Source: Mantamonas sphyraenae STR306 (taxonomy: Eukaryota > Protista > CRuMs). From it: a stretch of DNA of 64,000 nucleotides. How positions within the stretch are numbered: the first letter of the stretch is position 1; every line of letters begins with the position of its first letter. Where the stretch lies: positions 1 to 64,000 of the forward strand of contig JAPMXV010000037.1 of NCBI GenBank assembly GCA_026936335.1, written 5' to 3'. This document shows, piece by piece, positions 1 to 11,500 of the stretch. A program made the translations under genes and the position numbers. Below the pieces are notes generated by a model. The model had not been told where the DNA came from, did not search any database, and saw only the letters and a program-made list of their open reading frames with translations.

Positions 1-141
1 ACCCTAACCCTAACCCTAACCCTAACCCTAACCCTAACCCTAACCCTAACCCTAACCCTAACCCTAACCCTAACCCTAACCCTAACCCTAACCCTAACCC
101 TAACCCTAACCCTAACCCTAACCCTAACCCTAACCCTAACC
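1..141 (+). repeat. Telomeric repeat array (CCCTAA)n / (TTAGGG)n; chromosome end
   Basis: About 23 perfect tandem ACCCTA units from base 1, with an abrupt transition to unique sequence at 142. Confidence 0.99.
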
Positions 142-413
142 ACTATATTGTGTCTCCCCTGATATGGTGAGTCCGGTCTACGTTATATGAGTTACGCTTG
201 TGTCTGCTGTGGGGTGGGTGAGTTGGGTGGTGACATGGGGCAGTGGGCAATGGGTGGGAGTAGAATTGTTGCTGGTGAGTGGTCGCTGTCCTGCAACGCC
301 GTGCAGTCAGCACTGCCCATCCGCCTTCAACCAAAAGTATCACCAACATCCACAACTCCCTCCACCAGTCCAACACAATCCGCATACATTCCAGTACCAC
401 CACCACCACCACG

Positions 414-3400
414 ATGGACAACGACTACTCAAGCACTCCGAAGCATCAACACACACCCAACACCTACCCAGCGTGCGTTCTGCCTTCCACTCCGTTTTTT
501 TTTGACTGCCCGCTTCTCCCGCTTCCTTGCCTCCTCCATGCCTCCGTCGCTTCCCTGCACACCTCCCCTGCATCTCCACTTCCCCATCACCACCTCCACT
601 GCCTTCTCCGCTCTTCGCCGTTCCCCTCTCCCCTGTCACTGCCCTCCCCGTTGCCAGTTTCCCGGTCTGCCAATCTCCTCCCGTTTTCCCCTCCCTGCTC
701 GTTTCAGCCTCCCTTTACCCCCGCTTTTGCCCTGACGGCGTCCATTCCACCTTCCGCTCACCGTTCCCACCCCACCCACCCCGTCCCCGTCTTCCCCACA
801 GCTACGCGTACATGGTCCCTCCCATGGCTGCCCAGCCGTTTCCGAACATGCTGCCCGTCCAAGACGTACAAAACCCGTACCAGCACCCACAACCACCCAT
901 CATCTGGGTCCCTGTCAACACCCATCCCCAGCAGCACCACGCATATGCTCATCACGGCCATTCATACTACGCCTACCCTCCTCCGCCGCCTCCTCAGCCG
1001 CGACAAACCGCCCAGATGCACTTCGCTCAGACTCCGTTGCACCCTCCGCCTGCTCAACCCACCACAAACCACAACCGCGTCCCCAAACGCACCAGTCCTG
1101 CCATTGTCGGCATCACACGGACTACATCCACCACCACATCGTCGTCCTCCTCCCACCAGGCCACACGGCAGACTGGAGACAGCGACGACGACGACGCAGA
1201 CCAGGACACACACACACACGACACCGGCGACGTGGAGGACCTGAGGTTCCTGAACTTTGGCAACCGTGAACCACGGTCACCCTCCAGCAACACAGAGTGG
1301 ATGACCAGCTCATGGATGGAGGCGTACGAAGAAGACGGCGAGGCAAACGACGCCATCCAGCAGCAAGTGGACGACGAGGTGGACACCCAGTGCCCACTCT
1401 TCATTGCAGATACTGGTGATGCCATGGATGAGGAGTACATGCCGCAAGACGACAGCGACGACGACGCAGACGACATGGAGCAGGAGGACGCGGACGAATG
1501 GCAGCCGAGACGCACAAGTAGAGGCCGCACACGACGTCGCAGAGGCCACAACAGCCGGAGAACTGGTCCACAGAAGTTGAAAGGCAGCGGACAGCGCAGG
1601 CGCAGGGTCACGGCAGGCAGTGGCACAGAGACAGGAACGTCGAGCTCACTGGCAAGGATGGCAGTGAACGGAGACACCGGCGCAGGGAAGAACGCAGGCG
1701 ATGACAAGACGAGCAAGTTGCCAGATGGCGTTGTGTGCAAAGGGTGGACAAAGGGACCCAGTGACGAGCGCAGCCACAGCAACAAGGAGGAGCACACGGC
1801 ACTGCTGATCCACATGCACACCCTGGCCAACGAGCATCCCATCGACAGTATCCCCGACCTGATGACCCTACAGGCGCGTGTTGTGGTCTGCCATGGCACC
1901 GTGGCCACGCTTGTCCGACAGATTCAGCTCGCTCTGGGCAACATTCCCCTCTCCCAGGGCGACATGGCCTTCAGCCTCAGCCTTCTCGGCCGTGACATGG
2001 ATCAATATGCGTGCAGCGCTGCCATCCCCAACGCTGGTCTGGCCATGGGTGTGACAAAGGCTGGGTTGAAGGTGTGTTGGCTGGAGGAGCCACACGACCA
2101 CGGCGACCCCAACTACGTCCTCCTCCACCTGATCATGACAGAAATGGACACCCTCGGCGACAGGCCCCATCCCACCACCTGGAAGGAGCACAAGCAGACC
2201 CAGCTGTTGCTGCAGAAAGCACGACGACTTGCTGCCAACGACAGCGACCCACACTGGACACAATGCGACTACGACCACCACCACCCCACCACCAAGGTGG
2301 ACAAGTGGCATCCCGAGTCTGTGCGCAGTGGCTGGAGCAAGACCGGCGACGAGCGTGGCAGCTGCACGGCGCGGGAGTTCCTGACGCTGCTGGCACACAT
2401 GAAGGCACGCGCAGCCAAGCACCCTCGCCATCAGCACACACACGAGCACCATGCACTGCGTGAGCTGATCAACAACGGCAACCTGCTGTCCCTGGTGCGA
2501 CACATCATCCTGGCGCTGGGCAATGTTGGCGTACCGCCTGTCGACCTGGCCTTCTTTGTCCGCCTCCTCCGGCCAAAACTCACCTACCAAAAGGTGCAAG
2601 GTGCCATCAGCGCCACCCTCACCCGCGGCGTCACCTCCCTCTCCCTCAAGATCGCCTGGCTCGACAAACCCCAACCCAGCGACGCCACGCTGCACACCCT
2701 CCTCCACACCCTCATCGACCGCATCACACCCCACATCACCACCCGCCCCACCACCTATACACTCGTCAACGCCCTCCGCATCCCCGAGCGTGATTTGCCG
2801 GAGCCCACAGAGGAGGAGATCGTGGACGATGGACTGCCAGATGGCGTTGTGCGCAGTGGCTGGACGTTCTGGCGCAAGGGCGAGCGCATGCACAGCAACA
2901 AGAAGGAGCACACGGCACTGCTGAACCACATGCACACCCTCGCCAACGAGCATCCCATCGACGACATTCCCGACCTCATGACCCTGCAAGCGCGTGTTGT
3001 GGTCTGCCATGGCACCCTGAACACGCTGGTCCGACAGATTCAGCTCGCTCTGGGCAACATTCCCCTCTCCCAAGGCGACATGGCCTTCTGCCTCACTCTT
3101 CTCGGCCGTGATATGGATCAACATGCGTGCAGAAATGCCATCCATGACGCTGGTCTGGCCATGGGTGTGACAAAGGCCGGGTTGAAGGTGTGCTGGCTGG
3201 AGGAGCCACACGACCACGGCGACCCCAACTACGTCCTCCTCCACCTTCTCATGTCAGAGATGGACACTCTCGGCGACAGGACCCATCCCACAACCTGGAA
3301 GGAGCACAAGGAGACCCAGCTGTGGCTGCAGGAAGCACGACGCCCTGCTGCCAACGACAGCGACCCACACTGGACACAATGCGACTACGACCTCCACCAC

Positions 3401-3982
3401 CCCACCACCAAGGTGGACAAGTGGCATCCAGAGTCTGTGCGCAGTGGCTGGTGCAAGACCGGCGACGAGCGTGGCAGCTGCACGGCGCGGGAGTTCCAGA
3501 CGCTGCTGACACACATGAAGGCACGTGCAGCCAAGCACCCACGCCATCAGCACACACACGAGCACCTTGCACTGCGTGATCTGATCAACGCCGGTAGCCA
3601 GCTGTCCCTGGTGCGACACATCATCCTGGCGCTGGGCAACGTTGGCGTGCCCCCTGTCGACCTGGCCTTCTTTGTCCGTCTCCTCAGACCACGTCTCACC
3701 TACCAGCAGGTGGTTGGTGCCATCAGCGCCACCCTCACCCGCGGCGTCACCTCCCTCTCCCTCAAGATCGCCTGGCTCGACAAACCCCAACCCAGCGACG
3801 CTACACTGCACACCCTCCTCCACACCCTCATCGACCGCATCTCACCCCACATCACCACCCGCCCCACCACCTATGCACTCGTCAACGCCTACCCCATCCC
3901 CTCCTTCACCCTTCCCAAGCGCAAAGACCCTTCCTCCTCCTCCTCCTCCTCCTCCTCCTCTAAACGTCAACGCCTGGAATGA
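414..3982 (+). CDS. Subtelomeric hypothetical nuclear protein with an ABAB four-domain repeat (putative HTH-like modules)
   Basis: ATG at 414; predicted phase-2 intron 473-801 (GTGCGT...CCACAG) joins in frame to ORF 527..3982. Pro/His-rich then acidic/basic N-terminus, a duplicated 372-aa period, and a C-terminal NLS-like KRK...KRQRLE. Confidence 0.8.
1718..3889 (+). repeat. Intragenic tandem duplication, units 1718-2773 and 2834-3889 (period 1116 nt)
   Basis: CCAGATGGCGTTGTG at 1721 and 2837; CTCGTCAACGCC at 2762 and 3878; high nucleotide identity throughout. Confidence 0.95.
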
Positions 3983-4115
3983 ACCCCACTCCCTTCCCGT
4001 CTCACCAATCGCTCTAGGAAGCTTCTGCTTCTTCTCCGATTGCTCAACGGCTGTGCTGAGGGGAAACTCTCGTTGACTCCAGCGCTCATAGGGCCACACG
4101 AACCATCCACACACA

Positions 4116-4755
4116 ATGTCGGCCGTCGACTGGGAGGGAAGGGTGCGACTTACTGCAGCGGTCAATGGATTCTCTGTCACAGAACTCGATGGCTCCCCGT
4201 GCGTCTGTATCAACGGCATGCGTGTCTACGGGTCCTGGAAAGCCATTTTTCTGGCCATGAACGACCTCACCGGCGGGACGTTAACAGACCATTTACACTC
4301 CTCCCCCTCCTCCTCGGAAGGTATGTATGAGTTTGAGGAAAACGGGGTCTCCGTCGTGAAGGAATCGTTGAGCAGGCTGCCGACAGCGCGTCAGCGCCAG
4401 GCATTCGTTTTTGGTCCGTGCAGCGACGTTTCCGACTCGGACCGCCATGTGTATGATTCCCGGCGCTGCTGTGGAGGTGCATACTACTCTCATAAGCACA
4501 ACTGCTGTGTGGTTCCAGTGGAGGCAGGTCTGGACGAGCACGAGCCATGTTCTCTGGAGTTTTTGTTCTTCGACGCAGGCAGCCCTCGCAAAAGGAAAGC
4601 GGAAGAACTGCACTTTTTTCTCCACGACACCATCTTCTTCCCAGACATCTGTTCCAACCAAATGGCGGTACTGCAAGACGAGATTGCCGTCATTGCCTCC
4701 TGCTCCGGCGTTGCGGTTGTGCCGCTCGACTGGGGTCAGCTCAAAATGCCTGGGC

Positions 4756-4817
<62 letters not shown>

Positions 4818-7800
4818 TTCGACTTCAGCGAAGTGTTTCCTTTGGATGTGGACGGATGCGATGAGGTATGGGATACCTTTGCCGGTGATGATGCTGCAGT
4901 GGTTGGACTGGCAGTTGTCGATGAAGGTGCCCCGCAAACGTTTGCTGGCGCCCGTGTGCTGCTTCTGATTCACGGAATCATCGACATGGATCGATGGGAG
5001 AAAGAACACGGTTTGATGGAGCTCACGTGCAACGAGAGCGGAAAATGGTCGCTCTCTTGGGCACAGGTCATCGAGCTGCCAATCGAGATGCCCAAGACAG
5101 GCGTCACGATGCTGCACTGGAAACCATCCTCCATGGACACTGATGAGTACCTGTTGCTTGTTGGCACCCATGCATCGGTCCTGGAACTCGTGGGAATCAA
5201 CCTGCGAACAATGCAGGCAGAAGTCATCCCAACGTCAGGCAACAAACCATGGCAGTCGTTGCATTGCTCCGCCGTGTTCATCCGAAACAACATGCTGGCT
5301 ATTTTTGGAGGTCAGACATCGTCCCATGTCGTCCCCGTTTGGTTGGTCCTCGATCTGCGCCTGCTGCAGTGGCTCGCTCCCGTGTTCTGCGACTGGTCGG
5401 ATCCGCGGCTGTTCCGCAAGCAATTTTCCTGGACGGTGGGACCCAAGCACCTGTACCTGCTCAGTGATGCGGCGACCCCACTCTTCGATGACCCGCGGCC
5501 TGACTGTGCCGTCGAGCTTCCGTGCATTCTACGAACGCCGTTCACACCCGCGCGCCTGTCAGATCTTGGCGACGCGTTTTTGCACAAGGTGCGCCTCTTG
5601 ATTTGGATCAACGGTGGCGACCACGAGGATTCGACGTGGAGTGAGACTCCTCTGCCGCAAGAGGTGATGCAGTGCATTGTGGATTGGATGGCTGTCCAGC
5701 AGACCATCGACGAGTCGATCGACGAGAGATTCGACGACAAACAGGTCGTGGCTCGGCTCGAATGCACCGTGCGTGAGTACGAGGAGCTGGCAGATTCAGG
5801 GCCGGTCAATTTCCGTGTGAGCGTGCACGAGGGTGCCGAAGTGCAAGTGGCAACCAGCTTCATCGCCAACACCAAGCACAGCGCCACATGGCGAGAGCAT
5901 GTGCGCCACTCGCTTGTCACCGACGGTCTGCTTCCCGCCGCTGCGAGCGTCCCGCTCGAACCAAAGGGGCAGCAGCAAGAATCGACAACGAACGGAACCC
6001 AATTCCACAAGTCGACCGAGCCCAAGGCTCCCACGAAGCACAAATCCGATGCGAAACCTCCAAAAAAGCAACGCACCCACCGAGCCAAGAAAACCGCTGC
6101 TGCATCGGCAACGATGTCCCACGACAAAACGACCACCTCGTCCTTCACATCGAATGCCCTCGACACGCTTGGCAACGAAAAGGCACGCCCTCGGGACACC
6201 CTTACGTCGCTCAACGTCGACGTCAGGCACGCTCAGGGGCTGATGGCGCCCGCGACCTTCTCACTTGCGCCGTCTGCTTCGTACGACGACTTGCGAACTG
6301 CCATCGAGCGAACGACACTGCTCGAGGGGAGTTTTACAATCAAGCAGGTGGACGAACACGGCCACCCGGTGTGCAAGTTGCGCAACGACACCCAGTTGAC
6401 GGCGATCAAGGCGGGCTTGGAGGCAAACGGCGGAGGCCAACAAGCGCTGCACCTTTCTGTGAACGGAGGCGACATCCGCATCCGCGTGTCGGTGGAAGGA
6501 AACGTACATCTCGTGGAAGTGGACCAAGCCGACACCGTGGGGTCTTTCTGCGAACGCGTGAGCGAGCAGGTTCTCCCCAACGTGAAGCGGACTTGGTGGC
6601 TTGAGACAGCTGACGGCGAGCGCATCTCTTCCGTGGAGCACTTGTTCTCACACGCTTCGGAGATTCTGCATGTCAACCTCTCCCATCCTCACCTTGAGTT
6701 CGTGCTGGCCGTCGATGGCGAAGTTGTGGGTGCTGCGACCCTCCCCTGGAGCTCTTCGTTGGGCGCCTTGACCGAGGCCGTACGCGAAGCTACCGGCCTG
6801 TCCAACATCGCATCCATGCAAACCGACGATCTATGCCTTGGCTCAGAAAATGATATGGACACCCTGCGTGAGCGCGTGGAGATGTCCGAGGTCCAAGTGG
6901 TGCCGCTGGCAGTTTCACCGACACGCCGCCGCTACCACAACAAGAAAGCCAAGGAGGGTAAACACCAAACACATGCGCATCAAGGGACATTCTTCATCTC
7001 GGCAAACGGTGCAGAGTGCACGCTGGATTTGGATTGGACGTGCAGCTTGTCCGATTTGCGGCTTTCCTTTTCATCCGCCCTCGGTCTCAGCGACATGCCG
7101 CACAGCATCCGCCTGTATGATGGAAAGCACTTGTTGGCAACACTCAAGTCTCCCTCGGACATGGGGCAGCTGGCACGCCTGCGTGATGTTGCCCCAACGA
7201 GTGGTCGGTATTCGCTGGTGCTCAAGGAGACGCCAGTTCAAGACGCCTCCAGCGCGATGGGCAAGTTCATTGTCGCAATGGATGGGACGCAAACAACGCT
7301 GGAGCTCGATTGGACTTCCAGTTTGACTCGCGTCCGAAACTCCATCTCCTCTGCGCTGAACATTGGGCCACCAAAGACCATTCACCTTTTCGACGGCGAG
7401 AAAATGCTGGCCACTTTGAAACGAGCATCAGACATGGTGCACTTCACCCGCCTGCGCTATGCAACTCCTGAGAACGGCTCAATGTTTACGCTGTCGCCAG
7501 CGTTCTCGCGGGCAAGACCACACGCTCCCAAAGGCAACAGCATGGACGCGTGCTTCTCTCTGCAGGCCGAGTACATGGACACGCGTGTTGATGTGCGCGT
7601 TAAGCGCAGTTGCACCGTTTCGGGACTCCGCAAGGCCATCGCTTCCGCCCTTGGTCTCACCAAGAAGAAATGCCAGCACATGCCGCTGTTTGCAGGTGAC
7701 AACTTTCTGATGAACTTGTCCCGAGCCAACCAAATGCCCGCACTTCGCAAGGCGGTGGCCAGTGGCCAGAGTCTTTGCGTTTGCATCGGCGGCGCCTCGG

Positions 7801-8498
7801 CGAAGGTGCCCTCGCACACCACCTCCTCCCCAACCACCCCCACCTCCTCCTCCTCATCCTCCTACCCAACCACCACCTCCACCACCACCACCTCCTCCTC
7901 CTACCCAACCTCTTCCTACCCAACCACCACCACCTCCTCCTCCTCCTCCTCCTCCTCCTCCTCCACCTCCTCCTCATCCTCCTCAACCACCCCCATCACC
8001 TGCATCCTGACACACGACAACACCACCACCACGGTCACCTTCCCAAGGCAATCCTCCATCGCCCTCCTCCGCAACACGATCTCCGACGCGCTGGGCGTCC
8101 CCACGTCGTCCTTGGAGACGATGATCCTCACTGATGCAGCAGGCAAACCTCATCCTCTCTCCAAGGCAGCCGACATGCGAGTCCTGCGCGAATCCGCTTC
8201 ATCAGACCCTGGCAACAAGGTCTCTCTCACCATCCCGACCGAGCAGCGCGAACCCCGTCTTTCCATCAACTTGATTCGCGGCTTCACCATCGCCCAAACG
8301 ACCATCCCGCTTGACTCGGACTTTGCCACACTCCAAAACGCCACGTCAACCGCCTTGTCCATCCCCACATCCTCCTGCACGACCATGTTCCTCCTGGACG
8401 GCATGAAACCCTTGGGAACGATCACGTCGGACCGAGACATGGCCTCCTTGTTTGAATTCGCATCCAACTCCACCGTCACTCTCCGCCTCCCTGAGTAG
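4116..8498 (+). CDS. Hypothetical 1460-aa protein: acidic/Kelch-like N-half plus about 8 tandem PB1/ubiquitin-like (beta-grasp) domains
   Basis: Uninterrupted ORF. Kelch-like segment (LAIFGGQ...LDLRLLQW), an F-box-like LPQEVMQCI motif, a PB1-like FTIKQVDEHGHPVCKLRNDTQL segment, and repeated 'L.W..Sl..LR.aIs.ALg...L.dG..L..L....DM' units. Confidence 0.75.
4757..4817 (+). repeat. (GAC)n trinucleotide repeat encoding poly-Asp
   Basis: Directly visible. Confidence 0.95.
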
Positions 8499-8537
8499 AT
8501 CGAATTCAGTAATCACTCTTCGTACATTCCAAATCCC

Positions 8538-11500
8538 TCACCTTGCTGCCCCCTGCCTCAGCCTCTTCACCGCCCTCGCTACCAAATCCCCCCTCTCCAC
8601 TCCACCTGCGCCTCCCGCACGATTCCTCCCCCTCGCTTCCCGCTTCATATTCCCCTCCAGCTCCTTCACCAGATTTCCCGCAAGACGCCCCACTGACAAC
8701 ACATACCCAACAACGATCCCCATCCCCACCGCGTACACCACCACAACGGCCCACTGCGGGCTCGAGTCCGAGTACACTGCAATGCACACGGAATACGACG
8801 TCAACGCCAGCCACATCATGCCCGACGCCACCACGCCAGACTCCCACCCCAGCAGCACACGCAGCCCCATCCCCGTCGCCACCGGCGCAAACACAATCAT
8901 CAACCACCCCGAAACAACCACCACCTCCCGTACATCCGCGTACATCCCAGCAACCGCCATTCCGCCCACGTGCACCCAACTCGACACGCAAAATGCACCC
9001 AAAGTCGTCGGCATTGCCTGGTGGATGGTCTTGCCTTCGAACAGCGTCATCACCATCAACACCAGCGCGTGCACGATCCCTCCCACCTGCCAATCAAAGA
9101 CACTGACAACAGTTGCCAGTCCACCCATGTACAAATCGTCCAACCGCCCTTCCGCCCTCTTTCCTGCCGAGCCTCTGTTCCACCAAACCACGACCAGCAG
9201 CCCGACAACATTGCCCATCCGCCGTATCGTGAACCCGTACGTTGCATCCCCATCAGCATCCATGCCCAACGCCACCGCGACTGCCGTCCCAAGGACCACC
9301 CCCACCCCCACTGCTCCTACCCGATGCCAATCCACTTTCATCCCCACGCCCCAACACAGCCATCCAACCCCAACGCTCGCGTACACCGCTTGCGCTGGCA
9401 CAAGCGCCACCAATCCCTCCACCACAGACCACCCCATCGCCACAACAAGCCAAGGCCCAATCATCAACACCAAGTTTGTCCCCTGAGTTGGTAGTGCAAT
9501 CAATGTCACAAGCACAGCCACCACGGTCGAACGCAACTCGGACCCTGACCCGCTCATAGCCGCCTCCCACAGCCCAGTCACAGCCCCAGCCGCAACCCAA
9601 GCCCCTACCCAGACCAAACACGCCGCAAACGCCAACAACCGCGCGTGCTTTTGCATCAAGTCCACAATGCCCGTCTCTCCGCTCTCGGCTTCCCCAACAG
9701 AGGCGACCCTCGATCGCACCTGGCCCGAACTCACCCGCACTCGCTCTTCCGCATTTCTCTCCGTTCTCTCCACGCCCAGAAGCTCGAGCGCATGCGGAAC
9801 TTCCTTGAGAACCTCGTCTGGCAGCATCATCAGCACGTACAAGTTATAGTGCACCTCGTCCTGCAGCTCCAACAACGAGGGCCACACAAGCCCCACCGCC
9901 ACCCCAACCACCACAAACATCCCAAGCCCCTCCACAAGCCATGTGAGTGGCACCCATTGATCCAGACGCTCCTCAAGCTGCTCATGGGCAACCCCCACCA
10001 CCGCACGTGGCCCGGCTTCCAGTATCCCCGACTGCGCAATCAGCACCTGCTCCACCACTCGGTTTCCCTCTGCAGGCAATCCATACTCCAGCCAGCCCTC
10101 CATCACTGTCCAGTATGCATCCACAAGCGACAGCACTCCGTGAAACGCGTTCCGCCTTTCCCAAGCAGTCGTGCACGCGTGCTGTGTGCACAGCTGTGAC
10201 GTGTACAGCATCCGCACCATCCTCGCATTTCCACGCGTATCCACCGGAACCATCAACTGCATCTTCTTTGCCGCTGTTCTCATCTCAGCGGCGGCCGCGC
10301 GTACTGCCGATGCGTTCCTAACATTCCCTTGCACGTACGCTGTCACCACAGGTCGCGCCTTCACAACTGCGCTTTCCAGCTTCGATGCAGCCGCAAGCAA
10401 TTCCATGCTGTCCAACATCTCGGTCTGAGACAGCGCCGTCAGCCCCAGTACCACGCCCATGACAACCATGAGCAAAACCAAAGCTATCCGTATCCTGCTC
10501 CCAGGAGAGCTCAGCCTTGCTCGTGCATCCCCCAGTGTCCCATCCCATGGTGCAGCCTCCAATACCTGAGGCGTCGCCGTTCCATGCGTGCCGCCTTGCG
10601 AATCGAGCGGCGTTGACATCGCACGGGTTCCCACCATCGATTCCAGTGGCGACTCGACCGCAGGCGACACCGAAACCGCGTATCGGCCCGCGTACCCCTC
10701 GTACTGAGCCGCCAGACCCCTCGCCACGCTCCGTGGAACCCGCCGAATTGTCATTGTCGCCCTTCGCTTTTCCAGGGCACCTGCTCGAAGGTTCGACCGC
10801 ACTCCCACGCTGTACGATAGCAAAAGCACCAATATCACCTGGAGGAACCCTTGAAGCACCTCTGTGGTGAGCGCGCGCATGGCACGTGTTGACACAGCCA
10901 CCACCACAGCGCGCTGACTTTCCAGCAACTCCTGCAACCTCTCTCCGTTGTCAACCACAAATTGCATCCCGTTCAGCACGCGCTGCCATCCCCCATCTCT
11001 ATCCTGGGCCGCGGACATGTTCGCCTGAGACGCCATCTGCGAGCTGTACGCCACCGTCGCCAACGCCGCCACAGAATGCATCCTGATCACTTCCAAGGAC
11101 CCGTTGCCACTCCTTATCTCCACGTCCACCACGTGTCCCTGTGCCACCCATTCAATTGCCTCGTTGGCGCGCGTCGGCGCTCGCGCTAGGTCCATGTTCA
11201 CCCGTGCCAACTCACGTGCACACCTCTCCATGTGGCCTGCATACCCACTCATGGCACCACTACCCACAAACCAATCCAACCAAGCGAGTCGCGCCCTCGA
11301 ATTCCCGTCCAGTGTCCCGTTCCCACTGGTTTGCTCCATCAGCAGCTGCGTCCTCTCCGCAGCCCCCACAAACGCGTTTGCCAGCGACTCGCAGATCGAC
11401 ACGGCCCTGCGTGCCCCCAGAAGATCGCATTGCATCTCTGTCGATATCGGTTGACGTTTTGACGCAAACAACCGTACTCCGGTTGTCACGAACAGCGTCA

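Noticed and set aside
1718-3889. Direct repeats near the telomere as LTRs or a telomeric retroelement
   Set aside because: The repeats are in-frame coding duplications; no RT, integrase/DDE or helicase motifs, TIRs or poly(A) tail.
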